DNA of 64,000 nucleotides from positions 2,376 through 66,375 of the forward strand of contig JACRPI010000036.1 of NCBI GenBank assembly GCA_016214075.1, in the 5' to 3' direction. Under the pieces are notes generated by a model. The model saw nothing but the letters and a program-made list of their open reading frames with translations. It made no database searches and was not told the DNA's origin. Both the position numbers and the translations under genes were made by a program. This DNA comes from Candidatus Woesearchaeota archaeon (GTDB lineage Archaea > Nanobdellota > Nanobdellia > Woesearchaeales > DSVV01). Shown one piece after another: positions 28,328-38,703 of this stretch (position 1 is its first letter; the number at the start of each line of letters is the position of its first letter).

Positions 28328-30106
28328 TTATTCACGCAATTGCGCGAATTCTTTTTCAATCTCTTTTTCAACAGTATCAAGATGTTGCTTCCATTCTTTG
28401 GTAAATTTCGCTTCTGCGATTTTATCTTTCGCGGTTAATCCAAGAATTGTTTTGACGTGAATGCCACGAGCAAGCGTCGCTTGCGCGATTGTGTTGTACT
28501 TCAAAATCAATGTCATGAGACGATACGATTTCTCAATAGTACAATACGTGTCAATATCGTGGAACGCGTTCTGCTGAAGAATAAATTCTCGGATCAAACG
28601 AGCAACTTCAAGAATAAGCTGCTCTTTGTCTGGAAGCGCGTCGCTTCCAACAAGCTGAACAATCTCGAGAAGTTTTTCTTCTTGTTGGAGAATAATCATC
28701 AATTGCTTGATAACATCAGGCCAGTCTTCAGAAACATGTTCTCTATACCATGGAGCAAGTGCTTCATGATACAAACTGTACGAAGTCAACCAATTAATAG
28801 AAGGGAAGTGTCGTCGTTGTGCGAGTTTTGCGTCAAGTGCCCAAAATGTTTTCACAACACGCAACGTGTTCTGGGTAACTGGTTCAGAGAAGTCTCCACC
28901 TGGAGGACTGACTGCGCCAATAACTGAAATACTTCCTGTCTTGTCTGTTCCAAGAGGAATACCAATACCCGCGCGTTCGTAAAATTCCGCAAGTCGAGTG
29001 CTGAGATATGCTGGATATCCCTCTTCTCCTGGCATCTCCTCAAGTCGTGAAGAAATTTCTCGCATCGCCTCTGCCCATCGACTGGTAGAATCCGCCATGA
29101 GTGCAACATCGTAGCCCATGTCACGGTAATATTCTGCGATAGTAATACCTGTGTAAACGCTTGCTTCTCGTGCAGCGACCGGCATGTTCGAAGTATTCGC
29201 AATCAACACAGTTCTGTTCATAAGAGGTTTTCCAGTTTTTGGATCCTTCATGTGTGGAAATTCAGTAAGAACTTCTGTCATTTCGTTGCCTCGTTCACCG
29301 CAGCCAATGTAAACAATAATTTCTGCGTCACACCATTTCGCGAGCTGTTGTTGGGAAACAGTTTTTCCTGCGCCAAATGGTCCTGGAATTGCGGCAACTC
29401 CCCCTTTTGCAAGAGGGAACAAGGTATCGAAAATACGCTGTCCAGTAATGAGTGGGGTGCTTGGAGATAATTTTTTCCTTAATCGTCGCGCGGATCGCAC
29501 AGGCCAATAGTGCATTAATTTCAATTCTGCGCCATTGTCGAGTTTCCCGATACCTTCTTCAACAGTGTACGTTCCTGATTTGAGTGCGACAAGTTTTCCT
29601 TTCAAATTTGGAGGAACCATAATCTTATGGATTAATCCTTCTGTTTCTTCAACAGTACCTAGAACATCGCCACCATTAACCATACTGCCAACAGACGCTG
29701 TTGCACTAAATTTCCATTTTTTTTCAAAAGGAAGTCCTGGCGCGTCAACACCACGTTGAATGTAGCTGCCCATTTTTTCTTCAAGAAGAGGAAGCGGTCG
29801 CTGAATACCATCATAAATGCTCGTCAATAACCCTGGACCAAGCGCGACAGAAAGTGGTTTTCCCGTGTTAATGACAGGTTCGCCAGGAGTAAGGCCAGTG
29901 GTATCTTCGTAAACCTGAATAATTACTTTGTCACCGTCAATCTGAATAACTTCTCCCATGAGTTTTTCATTGCCAACGCGAACAACGTCGTACATGCGTG
30001 CTGCAAGATTTTTTGCAACAACAACAGGCCCAGCGATGCGAAAGAGAACTCCTTTGGAGACTGCTTTTTCAGTTGTTTTTGTTTTTGTTTTTTCATTTTT
30101 TGCCAT
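28328..30106 (-). CDS. atpA: A-type ATP synthase catalytic subunit A
   Basis: 592 aa. Walker A GPFGAGKT, bulge domain, full catalytic core. Confidence 0.92.
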   Translation of the reverse strand: MAKNEKTKTKTTEKAVSKGVLFRIAGPVVVAKNLAARMYDVVRVGNEKLMGEVIQIDGDKVIIQVYEDTTGLTPGEPVINTGKPLSVALGPGLLTSIYDGIQRPLPLLEEKMGSYIQRGVDAPGLPFEKKWKFSATASVGSMVNGGDVLGTVEETEGLIHKIMVPPNLKGKLVALKSGTYTVEEGIGKLDNGAELKLMHYWPVRSARRLRKKLSPSTPLITGQRIFDTLFPLAKGGVAAIPGPFGAGKTVSQQQLAKWCDAEIIVYIGCGERGNEMTEVLTEFPHMKDPKTGKPLMNRTVLIANTSNMPVAAREASVYTGITIAEYYRDMGYDVALMADSTSRWAEAMREISSRLEEMPGEEGYPAYLSTRLAEFYERAGIGIPLGTDKTGSISVIGAVSPPGGDFSEPVTQNTLRVVKTFWALDAKLAQRRHFPSINWLTSYSLYHEALAPWYREHVSEDWPDVIKQLMIILQQEEKLLEIVQLVGSDALPDKEQLILEVARLIREFILQQNAFHDIDTYCTIEKSYRLMTLILKYNTIAQATLARGIHVKTILGLTAKDKIAEAKFTKEWKQHLDTVEKEIEKEFAQLRE

Positions 30107-30146
30107 TATAGACTCACCTTATTCGTTTGTTTTCGTTTTGAATGTA

Positions 30147-30446
30147 TTATTTGCTCCAGAGATCAACGCCAATGGATTTTTTGATTTTCTTGCGAAGCGT
30201 TTCATTGCTTGTTGCGTCAGCAGAGACAACAACAGTCACTGGTTTGACCCGAGCTTCAACTGCCTCGCGAAAAAAAAGAGGAAGCTGCTGCATGGTTGTT
30301 TCATCAGTGATAATAATCCCGAGGGCACTATCTGCAAAAAGTGCTTCAAAATCTTCTTTTGCAGATTGCGTTTCACGGGTTTCAACACCCGCAAGTCGGA
30401 ATCCTAAGACAAATTCTGACGGTCCGAGTGCAATAATTTTATTCAT
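30147..30446 (-). CDS. atpF: A-type ATP synthase subunit F
   Basis: 99 aa. MNKIIALGPSEFVLGFRLAGV typical. Confidence 0.8.
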   Translation of the reverse strand: MNKIIALGPSEFVLGFRLAGVETRETQSAKEDFEALFADSALGIIITDETTMQQLPLFFREAVEARVKPVTVVVSADATSNETLRKKIKKSIGVDLWSK

Positions 30447-30462
30447 GAATGTCCACCTGTGT

Positions 30463-31533
30463 TTATTTTTTGTCGAGTACGAGTTGCTCTTCGAGGAACT
30501 GCTCTGTTAATCCAAATTGTTTTCCTTTGACGAGCACACGAAGATTACGCATTTCAATTTCTTTGGCAAACATATAACCAAGGAGTGTATCAACGCTTAA
30601 AGGAAATTGATGAAGCAAGAGTGTTGCTTTCTGTAAATGCCAAACATCAAGACTTTTTTCAAAACCTTTGAGATCCTGCTGGTTAAGTGCAGCCTGATGA
30701 AAAGAAACAAGCGAGCGAAGAGAAGTCTGAGAGAACGCCTGAATAATACCTGCAAAATCTTTTACTGCAAGAGCATGAAGTTTGGAAATAGAAAAGAGTG
30801 CTCCTCCTGAAAAAAAGAAGGAAGTAATTTCCTGCTGTCCAAGTCCTTGTTTTTTGAGGCGAAGCAAAAGTTTAACATTCAAGACATCAATTTCTGCCTG
30901 AAGAAGTTCTTTGAACAGTTGGTGTTCTCCTGCAAGCTTTGTGAGGAAACTAAAAAGGAATGTATAATACGATTTATCGAGGAAATTCTCAAGCGCGAGC
31001 AAAGACTTTTCTTTTTCATAATACGCAAGCGAGTCAGCAGATTCTCGGTCAGTAAATCCTGCCTTGATTAAGACAGAAGACATACTTTCAGAAGAAAGCA
31101 ACTGAGAAAGTTTTTTGTCAGAAAATGTCCCGAGAGGAAGAAGCAATGCTTCAACGTCCGCATGTTTCTGTCCTGCAGCTTTGCCGCGAAGTATGGTTTT
31201 CAAATTGTAAATGTCATGACGGAAAAGATACGCGCGAAGAAGATAATTCATCTCTGGACTGCAGATGCGTAAAAGTTTCTGCATATTGCGAATAAGGTTT
31301 GAATACAACCCCCGCTCAACAAGGGTATACCCTGAATAAGTCTTACCCAATGCGAGAATGTCTTCTTTGTAATCAGAATTTTCCAAATATGCGGCGATAT
31401 CGCTTCCTTGCATCTTAAGCAATTTATCATAATCTTGTTTTCGATAGAGCTTTCCTTTCATTGCCATCACACGAACGTAGGTGTATGGATAAAAGGAAAC
31501 GTGAATGCTTTCGGGGTAGTGTTCTTTAAACAT
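30463..31533 (-). CDS. atpC: A-type ATP synthase subunit C (V0 d-like)
   Basis: 356 aa helical protein at the canonical operon position. Confidence 0.8.
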   Translation of the reverse strand: MFKEHYPESIHVSFYPYTYVRVMAMKGKLYRKQDYDKLLKMQGSDIAAYLENSDYKEDILALGKTYSGYTLVERGLYSNLIRNMQKLLRICSPEMNYLLRAYLFRHDIYNLKTILRGKAAGQKHADVEALLLPLGTFSDKKLSQLLSSESMSSVLIKAGFTDRESADSLAYYEKEKSLLALENFLDKSYYTFLFSFLTKLAGEHQLFKELLQAEIDVLNVKLLLRLKKQGLGQQEITSFFFSGGALFSISKLHALAVKDFAGIIQAFSQTSLRSLVSFHQAALNQQDLKGFEKSLDVWHLQKATLLLHQFPLSVDTLLGYMFAKEIEMRNLRVLVKGKQFGLTEQFLEEQLVLDKK

Positions 31534-31577
31534 AGTATCACATTATTATTTGTTTATTCTTTGAAATGCGCTCATCT

Positions 31578-32132
31578 TCAGTTGCTAAAAAGCAACGCGT
31601 AAACCTCTTGAAGTTTTCTTTCCTGAAGTTGACTGAGGATAGTGTCAAAGCTGTAATCAAAACGGTAATTGCCATCTTTACTTTCCGCGACAATGCCACC
31701 AACAAGAGGTTTTTGTTCAACAGCGGAGAAAAAGCTCTTGACAATGGAAACATCTTGAGCGGCGCAATAGATTTTGCCAATCGCGCATTGTTTTTTTGCG
31801 CGATCAACAAGCGTTTGAAGGATTTTTGTCTTCTCTGCTTTAGGCATTTTTGCGAGACTCGCGCTAAATTCTTGAAAGAGTTCTTCCAAAAGTTCTTTCT
31901 TTTTTTGAAGAAGAACTTTTTTGGAAAGCAGCTGCATACTTGCGTAGTAGCGTTTGTCCAGTGCGTCAAGTTCTTTTTTAAGCGCTGCGTCTACTTCTGC
32001 CTCAAAAGCATCAGCAATGCCGTGGCTCGCATCAGTATCTTTTTTAACTTGTTCTTTTGCTGCACCAACAATGTGCTGTGCCTCTTCTTCTGCATGATCA
32101 ATGATTTCTTTTTTTACGTGGTCTAAACCCAT
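31578..32132 (-). CDS. atpE: A-type ATP synthase subunit E
   Basis: About 185 aa. MGLDHVKKEIIDHAEEEAQHI start (the track ORF begins 3 codons earlier at MFIM, alternative start 32141). Confidence 0.78.
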   Translation of the reverse strand: MGLDHVKKEIIDHAEEEAQHIVGAAKEQVKKDTDASHGIADAFEAEVDAALKKELDALDKRYYASMQLLSKKVLLQKKKELLEELFQEFSASLAKMPKAEKTKILQTLVDRAKKQCAIGKIYCAAQDVSIVKSFFSAVEQKPLVGGIVAESKDGNYRFDYSFDTILSQLQERKLQEVYALLFSN

Positions 32133-32141
32133 AATGAACAC

Positions 32142-32350
32142 CTGTGTTTTTGCTATGAATTACTTGAATGATAATGAATATAAAAAACCTTGAAAAAAGG
32201 AATGAAAAACAAAGCGCCAAAGCGCGTCTGTTTTATAGCGAACGAACCAAATTTTCGTAATTTTACATGTTCGTTCGCTTATTAGCTGACACACGAAATC
32301 ACCTTAAAAAAATTACGATTATTTCGTGCGTCAGCTATACTATTCCAAAT
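32142..32350 (-). promoter_or_regulatory. Structured 208-nt spacer between atpK and atpE with two strong hairpins (candidate attenuator or processing site)
   Basis: agcgaacgaac...gttcgttcgct (11 bp) and agctgacacacgaaat...atttcgtgcgtcagct (about 15 bp) inverted repeats lie inside an otherwise tightly packed operon. Confidence 0.4.
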
Positions 32351-32587
32351 TTATGCTGCCATTCCCATGATGAGAATTGCAACAACAAGGCCAAAGATAA
32401 CGAGCGTTTCTGGAATAACAGTAAGGATTAATCCTTTTCCAAATAACTCTTCTTTTTCTGCAAGTGCGCCAACTGCTGCAGTTCCAATGGATTTTTCCGC
32501 AATACCGCTTGCCATAGCGCTAAGACCAAATGCAAGAGCTGCACCAATAGATACCAATCCAACACCAATACTTACTTCTGCTGCCAT
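32351..32587 (-). CDS. atpK: A-type ATP synthase proteolipid subunit K (c)
   Basis: 78 aa two-helix proteolipid with conserved acidic residue (ILTVIPETL). Confidence 0.88.
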   Translation of the reverse strand: MAAEVSIGVGLVSIGAALAFGLSAMASGIAEKSIGTAAVGALAEKEELFGKGLILTVIPETLVIFGLVVAILIMGMAA

Positions 32588-32620
32588 ACGATTCTACCTC
32601 CGTAGCATGTTATTTTTTAT

Positions 32621-34588
32621 TCATCTATTTTTTTCCTGTCCAAACGCGACAAAAGGGATTCCTCCCCCTTTGTAAAATTTGGAAAAAAACTCCACATAAT
32701 GGAGTCGCAATGAGTGTAAAAATGGACCAATAACGCCAAGCGCGATGTTAATAGAGTGCCCTGCCACTAAAATAACAAGTGCGAGCACAAAATAAACCCC
32801 ACCTCTTTCCATAAAAGGAAGCGCGAGATTTTCATTAATAACGACTGCGAGACCAACAGAGCTTAAACCTACAGCGCCAAGTCGTAAATAGGAAAGAATA
32901 TTCGTGAGAATCGCAGGAATTTCAACAAGTCCTTGAATTCCTTCGCCAATGAAAAGAAGCACTGCTGCAAGAACAACGAGTGCAAGACCAATACTCCAAT
33001 GAAGAGGAACAAGACCAAGACTGCTCAACACAAGAACAGCTGCGCCAAGTTCTAAAATATACCAGCTGATTTTCGCGTAAAACGCGTGCGCAAATCCGTG
33101 TGAGACCAGTTCATTGATAAACCCGAGGAACAACCCAATGTTCACGTGAATAAAGCCAAGGATCGCGCCAAGCACAAGGACAGTGGGAAGCGTCGCTCCT
33201 AAAAGCGTCGTTTCTCCATGCAATCTATTCAAAAGCCGAGGGAATGAATACACTATTTCTCCATCATGGAGAACTTCTGAATGAAGCGGAATGCCATACT
33301 GAAGCAATTGTTCTCCTGTCTGTTCTGAAACATGTTCAAAGCCAAAATATTCTCCAAAGACAAAGCCAAAAAAGATGCTAATAATCGCAGAGAGCATCAT
33401 AACAGTAAGAATGCTTCGTGCAGTAGGCATCTTCCACCAAAGCAGTGCGAAAAGTAAAAGAGTCACAAGACCATAGCCAACATCTCCAAGCATAAGGCCA
33501 AAAAAGAAGGGGAACGTGAAAAAAAGGAAAAAGCTTGGATCAAGTTCTTTGTAGCTCGGCAATGTGTAGAGGTGCAGGAAAAATTCAAACGGTTTGACAA
33601 AAAACATGTTTTTGAGAATAATAGGCACTTTGTCTGTTTTTGTTACCTCAAGCGTTTCAAGATAGATCTTATGATTGGTCTCTTTTTCAAGCGCGTGTTT
33701 GAGTTGTTGGAATTCTTTTCCGCTAACCCATCCTTCAACAACAAATGAGCGTGCTGTCTCTGCGAAGCGCAACGGCGCTTGTGCTTGCTCAGATTCTTGT
33801 TGTAAATAAAAGACAAAGGAAAGCAGTTCTGAAACATGCTGTTTCTGAAATGCATAAAGTTGTGTCTCAATGTGTTCTACATCTTTTTCAAGAAGGTGAA
33901 GAGAAACCTGAAGTTTTTTTGCATGTTCACCAAGAGAACCATGATACGAAGAGAGATCAGCAAAAGGAAGTGGCTTAAATCCATGTATCTGAAGAACAGA
34001 AGAAACACCAGAACCATGGCGTGAATCTGCAAAAACTGCAACATAAGAAATACCATCAAGCTGTGCAAGAGTAATTTGTATTTTTTTAGTCACTTGCAAA
34101 AGTGCGGCTTCTACTCCTTCTGAAGAAGAAACAGAACCAATAAAAGAAGATAATGATTTGAATGGAGCAAGGCTTGCAGCGTCAAGATGCAACGCGTCTA
34201 AAAGACGAAGCTGCTGAGCGACTGCTTTTTTTTCTGCAACTGCAGAAGCGAGGGTTTGCTGTTGCTGCTGTAAAGTATCATGGTCACTGAGAAGTGTTGC
34301 AAGATCAGATTCTAAGTCTACAAGAGAAAGAGCAGTTTTCTTTTTTAATGCTGTCTGTGCAGCAGAAACAAGAAGGGGATCAAAAGACGCGAGCAATGAA
34401 CGTGCACGAACCAAAAGTCCAGAAATGTGTTCAGAATTCCTAAGCGGAGCTCCAATGTCAAGCTCTTCTGTCTTTTTATGATCAAGAAGATGAACAAGTT
34501 TTAAAGAATAAAGCGTGCGAATAAGAATAGAGAGCTGGGTCTGTGGACCGATAATCCGAATCTTTGTAACGCGTGCTGATTGTAACAT
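32621..34588 (-). CDS. atpI: A-type ATP synthase subunit I (a)
   Basis: 655 aa. Soluble N-terminal half plus multi-TM C-terminal half. Confidence 0.85.
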   Translation of the reverse strand: MLQSARVTKIRIIGPQTQLSILIRTLYSLKLVHLLDHKKTEELDIGAPLRNSEHISGLLVRARSLLASFDPLLVSAAQTALKKKTALSLVDLESDLATLLSDHDTLQQQQQTLASAVAEKKAVAQQLRLLDALHLDAASLAPFKSLSSFIGSVSSSEGVEAALLQVTKKIQITLAQLDGISYVAVFADSRHGSGVSSVLQIHGFKPLPFADLSSYHGSLGEHAKKLQVSLHLLEKDVEHIETQLYAFQKQHVSELLSFVFYLQQESEQAQAPLRFAETARSFVVEGWVSGKEFQQLKHALEKETNHKIYLETLEVTKTDKVPIILKNMFFVKPFEFFLHLYTLPSYKELDPSFFLFFTFPFFFGLMLGDVGYGLVTLLLFALLWWKMPTARSILTVMMLSAIISIFFGFVFGEYFGFEHVSEQTGEQLLQYGIPLHSEVLHDGEIVYSFPRLLNRLHGETTLLGATLPTVLVLGAILGFIHVNIGLFLGFINELVSHGFAHAFYAKISWYILELGAAVLVLSSLGLVPLHWSIGLALVVLAAVLLFIGEGIQGLVEIPAILTNILSYLRLGAVGLSSVGLAVVINENLALPFMERGGVYFVLALVILVAGHSINIALGVIGPFLHSLRLHYVEFFSKFYKGGGIPFVAFGQEKNR

Positions 34589-34597
34589 GAAAACACC

Positions 34598-34951
34598 TTA
34601 TGCTTTGAGCAAAACCTTAAATTCTTGAGAAAGAAAAGAGTGTGCTTTTTTCTTCTGCGAAGCTGCAGTTGCTGCAGCGTCATTTGCATGTTTCTCTGCT
34701 TTCTTGAGGAATTTCTGCTGTTCTTTTTCAAGTTCTTTTTTTCGATGAGTAAGCGATTCTGCCTTTTGTTCAAGGACTTCATGCTTTCGCTGGACTACAA
34801 ACGCGTCTGCGTCTGCTTTCCCTTTTGCGAGCATATGCATTGCTTTTTCTTTTGCTTCTGCGATTATATGATCAGCGTGTGTTTCTGCTTCCCGAATGTC
34901 ATGAAGTACTTTTTCCAAAAAAATCACCTTTATAGAGGCAAATGCCCTCAT
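34598..34951 (-). CDS. atpH: A-type ATP synthase subunit H
   Basis: Small coiled-coil protein (DIREAETHADHIIAEAKEKA...) at the head of the operon. Exact start uncertain. Confidence 0.6.
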   Translation of the reverse strand: MRAFASIKVIFLEKVLHDIREAETHADHIIAEAKEKAMHMLAKGKADADAFVVQRKHEVLEQKAESLTHRKKELEKEQQKFLKKAEKHANDAAATAASQKKKAHSFLSQEFKVLLKA

Positions 34952-35009
34952 CTCTTAAATATGTACTATAGAGTCTATAGGAACTAAATAGTTTTTACGA
35001 AAGATGCAA

Positions 35010-35909
35010 TTACGACTTCGCCTCCTGTTTTTCAAGTTCATAAAAGAGCGCCCAATCCACCAGTACTTCAGAGACTGACGTAAGGAGTTCTTTTGCGCGC
35101 TTTTTTTCATAAGTGCTGATATCTTTGACTTTGACTGTTTCGATGGTATCGACTTTTTTAATGAAGGTGATTGCTGCCTGAACACTAAGAGTAAAAGAAG
35201 CATCTCCGACATTGCCAAGAACGTCTTTGAGAACATCGACAACATCTAAGATTAATTTCAGGAAGGAAACATCAACAGGATCCATGACACTCAAAATATC
35301 AACAAGCCGTTCAAGCTCTTTGGACATATGGGAAATATAATACAACTCAATCGTCCGAAGTTGAGAAGAATGATGAAAGCTAAATGCTTCAACGATAGAT
35401 TTATCGAGGAGAAGCTGGCTTCTGTCGATTTCCTCCTCATAGCGCATAACAAGCTCCTTGTTATAATTTTTCATCATGACAGTAAGCATGTTTTTGATCT
35501 TGCGAAGCATGGTTTTGAGAAGCGAGCCTAATTCTTCAATCACAACAGAACCTTCACAAGTGATAGAATCTTTATTGAGTTCCACAAGTTCAAGACTGAT
35601 CAATTTTTTCTGCTGTAAAAGCTTTGTATAATCTATTTGTTTATCAAGATAGATAGTAAAGCCAGACGCAGGAGTGAGATAGCTTGCGATAATAAGCTTG
35701 TGCAAAACATCAAGATTGTCTTCTTTGACACGAAAGGTAAGTTCTTTTTTCTTCCCTTCCTGAAGTTCAGGAGAAAGCGTGAGGGTGCCATCTTCATTGA
35801 CAGCAGTAGAAACCTTGCTTTTCGAGCTCAGTTTATGTTTTCTGCACCAGGACGTCGGGAGGTACACATAATGCATATTCCCTGTTTTCTGTACATTTCG
35901 TATATCCAT
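35010..35909 (-). CDS. PhoU-like regulator with N-terminal AbrB/SpoVT domain (archaeal type)
   Basis: 299 aa. N-terminus NMHYVYLPTSWCRKHKL is AbrB-like. Helical remainder is consistent with PhoU repeats. Confidence 0.45.
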   Translation of the reverse strand: MDIRNVQKTGNMHYVYLPTSWCRKHKLSSKSKVSTAVNEDGTLTLSPELQEGKKKELTFRVKEDNLDVLHKLIIASYLTPASGFTIYLDKQIDYTKLLQQKKLISLELVELNKDSITCEGSVVIEELGSLLKTMLRKIKNMLTVMMKNYNKELVMRYEEEIDRSQLLLDKSIVEAFSFHHSSQLRTIELYYISHMSKELERLVDILSVMDPVDVSFLKLILDVVDVLKDVLGNVGDASFTLSVQAAITFIKKVDTIETVKVKDISTYEKKRAKELLTSVSEVLVDWALFYELEKQEAKS

Positions 35910-36060
35910 AAATAGGGAGTAAATAGTAGGTATTTATATAAGTTTTGTAAGAGATTTTGGTGAAAGAGAGAAATGAAGAATACAGAAGAAAAATAATGAA
36001 AAAGAGTAGGAATATAGTTAGCTCTGTAAAACGAAACGCGCACTAATTTATTGAATGTTC

Positions 36061-36100
36061 GCTCAGTAAAGTCCTTGTATGACAACGCAATCTATTATTA
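36061..36100. repeat. 38-nt near-palindromic intergenic motif, copy 1 (duplicated at 60643..60680)
   Basis: gctcagtaaagtccttgtatgacaacgcaatctattatta versus gctgagcaagtccttgtatgacaacgcaatctattatta. Contains TTGTatgACAA inverted half-sites. Confidence 0.5.
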
Positions 36101-36209
36101 GATTATGACGTACACAAAAAAATAGAAAAACGAGAATAAGGATAAAACATAAAGTAGAAAAATCAAAACAACCAAACCTATATATTCAAGTACCCATTAT
36201 TTTAGGAGA

Positions 36210-36944
36210 ATGAAAGACAAAATACTCGTAGACCCAGAAGGAATAAAATATCTCTTCAAAGGCAATGATCTCCATACAAAAGATGGCTTTGTCAGCAAAG
36301 ATGCGATCATAAAAGCAAAAGCAGGAGCGCAGCTCAAGACGAATAAAGACACGACATTAACAGTGCTTGAAGCATCGTTCTTGGACAAATACTGGAAAAT
36401 TAAGAGAAATGCGCAGATTATCCCGCTGAAAGACCTCGGCTTTATTGCGGCAGAAGTGGGAGTGGGAAATGACTGGACCATTGTCGAAGCAGGCGGGGGA
36501 AGCGGCGGCGCGACAGGGTTTTTCGCGCATCTCTGTACCAATGGGCAAATCTATACCTACGAAATACGAGAAGATTATATCAAGATTGTAGAAGAAAATC
36601 TCGCGTTTCTTGGACTTAAAAATGCCGCGCTCAAAAAGAAGAGCATCTATGATGGCATTGAAGAAAAGAATGTGGATATGGTCCTCTTAGATCTTCCAGA
36701 ACCATGGCTTGCTGTGGATCATGCGCTTGCTGCGCTAAAATATGGGGGCTATCTTGTTTCATATAGCCCTTGCGTACCACAAGTGATGGATTTTGTCGAT
36801 AAAGTGAGAAATACGCCAGGCTTCCTTTATCTGAAGACCTGTGAAATTGCGGAAACAGAATGGGATGTTCTCGGCAGAAAAGTCCGCCCAAAAAGTCAGA
36901 GTATTGGACATAGCGGTTTCTTGACGTTTGTAAGAAAAATATGA
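36210..36944 (+). CDS. trmI: tRNA (adenine-N1)-methyltransferase TrmI (Gcd14 family)
   Basis: 244 aa. VLEAGGGSGGATGFFA SAM motif, LDLPEPW motif, TrmI length. Confidence 0.8.
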   Translation: MKDKILVDPEGIKYLFKGNDLHTKDGFVSKDAIIKAKAGAQLKTNKDTTLTVLEASFLDKYWKIKRNAQIIPLKDLGFIAAEVGVGNDWTIVEAGGGSGGATGFFAHLCTNGQIYTYEIREDYIKIVEENLAFLGLKNAALKKKSIYDGIEEKNVDMVLLDLPEPWLAVDHALAALKYGGYLVSYSPCVPQVMDFVDKVRNTPGFLYLKTCEIAETEWDVLGRKVRPKSQSIGHSGFLTFVRKI

Positions 36945-36992
36945 AGAAATGATTTCTAAAAATATATTTTAATTGTTATAATTATTGTTCAT

Positions 36993-37211
36993 GAGAGAAA
37001 AAGACGCTCGACAAATGCTCACGTCTTAACGCACAAGGTCCAAGAGAAAAGTTTGGCTTTGTGCGTTTCTCAGAGCAAAAAATAACAACATGGCCAGACG
37101 GAGCGAACGAGGTTCACTTACGAAGTGAGTGGTTCTCGTTCGCGGAGTAGGGCTTGTGGAGCAAAGCGACACAAGACCGTCTGTGCCAGTGTTGTTGTTA
37201 TTTTTTGCAAC
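36993..37211 (+). ncRNA. Structured sRNA candidate, family E, paralog 1 (about 219 nt)
   Basis: 5' block gagaaaaagacgctcgacaaatgctcacgtcttaacgcacaagg and 3' block gttgttgttattttttgcaac are near-identical to 45527..45727. Helices: gacg/cgtc, acgcacaagg/ggctttgtgcgt, long stem aaaaataacaacatggcca/tgccagtgttgttgttatttttt. TATA-like ttgttataatta upstream. Ends in oligo-T. Confidence 0.45.
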
Positions 37212-37267
37212 GTAGTGACTATAACGAACAAACCTTTAAAAACGAATTTTCATTACCTTCTCAAATA

Positions 37268-37588
37268 ATGAAGAGACTTATCAAGAACAAAAAAGCAGCG
37301 ATGCCCTTTGTAGTCGCGTTCGTGGTCGTCATTGCACTATTCATCATTTTCTCAAAGATAGTAAGCATTACCACAAGAGAATGCAGCAAAGACGGAGATT
37401 GCAGTAATGACAGTTATTGTGGCAGTGATTTTCAGTGCCATAAATATCCTGTAATTACGCAAGTGACCTACATTCCTGCTGCGTTAATAATTGGCGCGTG
37501 TATTGTTGCAGGAGCATTGCTTCTGAAGAAGAAAAAAGAGTATGAAGAAAGCCATGGACATGGCGGCGGCCACGGAGGCCATCATTAA
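37268..37588 (+). CDS. Small membrane/secreted Cys-rich protein with C-terminal HGHGGGHGGHH tail
   Basis: Start trimmed to MKRLIKNKK (the track ORF starts at 37154 inside the RNA element). Two TM helices, 6 Cys, Gly/His tail. Confidence 0.5.
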   Translation: MKRLIKNKKAAMPFVVAFVVVIALFIIFSKIVSITTRECSKDGDCSNDSYCGSDFQCHKYPVITQVTYIPAALIIGACIVAGALLLKKKKEYEESHGHGGGHGGHH

Positions 37589-37597
37589 TCTTAAAAA

Positions 37598-38209
37598 TTA
37601 TTCTTCTTCATCAGCGATAGAAGCAACCCAATCTTCTGGAATAATACTCATCATGCGGAATGCCATTGTTTTCGGATAGACCATAACGTCGCCTGCTTTG
37701 TATCCTTGGAAAAGGAAGAGCAGCATATTTTTATCTTCGTGAAGTTCTTCAAATGCATCAGAACGAACAGAAAAAAGCTGATTGGTATCGCGCATTGTTT
37801 GTAAAAGAGCAGCATCCTGAGCGTCATATGCAGAGGTATTGATAGCAACAACTTTGTAGTATGCGCCATTATCCAAAATTGCGCGATAATTTTTTTGTTT
37901 CACGAATGCAGCGATTTGACTTTCTTCAAGAACAGATTGTTTTAAAGAATGTTTTGCAGTCATGTTGACCATAACAATAGGAAAGAACAATGTATCATCC
38001 TCATGAATAAGATACAAAATCTGTTCCTCCCCAAGTTCTTGTTTGAGTTCCTGTATATCAGAATAGGTTAAGCTGATCGTGATCGCGACAAAAAGCGCGA
38101 GAATGAAGAGAAAAGTAACCACCACTTTCAGGACATTTTTGACCACAAAATAACAGACAATAGTACCAATGATGAGAACTGCTACCCACATGAGAAAGTA
38201 TGATTCCAT
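37598..38209 (-). CDS. Hypothetical membrane protein
   Basis: Start trimmed to MESYFLMWVAVLIIG. Two N-terminal TM helices. Confidence 0.45.
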   Translation of the reverse strand: MESYFLMWVAVLIIGTIVCYFVVKNVLKVVVTFLFILALFVAITISLTYSDIQELKQELGEEQILYLIHEDDTLFFPIVMVNMTAKHSLKQSVLEESQIAAFVKQKNYRAILDNGAYYKVVAINTSAYDAQDAALLQTMRDTNQLFSVRSDAFEELHEDKNMLLFLFQGYKAGDVMVYPKTMAFRMMSIIPEDWVASIADEEE

Positions 38210-38244
38210 ACATAAATTTAAGAATTGGAATTTTATATAGTTTC

Positions 38245-38670
38245 TTATTTTGAAAGGTGGAGAAATGCTGCAAGAGCGTCTTGTGTTGGTAATGTGAGGG
38301 GAGAAGGAAGGGTGTCTAAAGCAAACCACTGAACAGCCTCACATTTAGTAGGTTCTTTAATCGCTAACGATCCTCCAACAATTTTACTCAGATATTGTGG
38401 AGTAACCCAATGCTGTTTTTCATCATGCATGATATCGTCAGTCAAGCAGAGCAAATCAATAATTTCAATATGGATACCAAGTTCTTCAAAAATCTCTCGC
38501 TTGACACCATCATGAAATTTCTCATTGTAATCAAGAGCACCGCCTGGAATAGACCAAACACCGCAATTATTTTTGCATTGAGAACCACGTTTCATAAGAA
38601 GCACTTCATTCTTTTCATTAACAATAAATGCGCCGCAGCCAACGCCAATATAATCAAATCCTGGTTTCAT
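38245..38670 (-). CDS. NUDIX hydrolase
   Basis: 141 aa. Nudix box GGALDYNEKFHDGVKREIFEELG. Confidence 0.8.
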   Translation of the reverse strand: MKPGFDYIGVGCGAFIVNEKNEVLLMKRGSQCKNNCGVWSIPGGALDYNEKFHDGVKREIFEELGIHIEIIDLLCLTDDIMHDEKQHWVTPQYLSKIVGGSLAIKEPTKCEAVQWFALDTLPSPLTLPTQDALAAFLHLSK

Positions 38671-38703
38671 AAGAAGAAGAGAAACAAGACAACATTAAAA
38701 AGA

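Noticed and set aside
33643-34068. Short ORFs inside atpI on both strands
   Set aside because: Embedded in a conserved A-ATPase subunit gene. Shadow ORFs.
36993-37211. Family-E elements as MITEs or insertion-sequence remnants
   Set aside because: No terminal inverted repeats and no flanking target-site duplications. Conserved ends are asymmetric and internal variation is compensatory, favouring a functional RNA.
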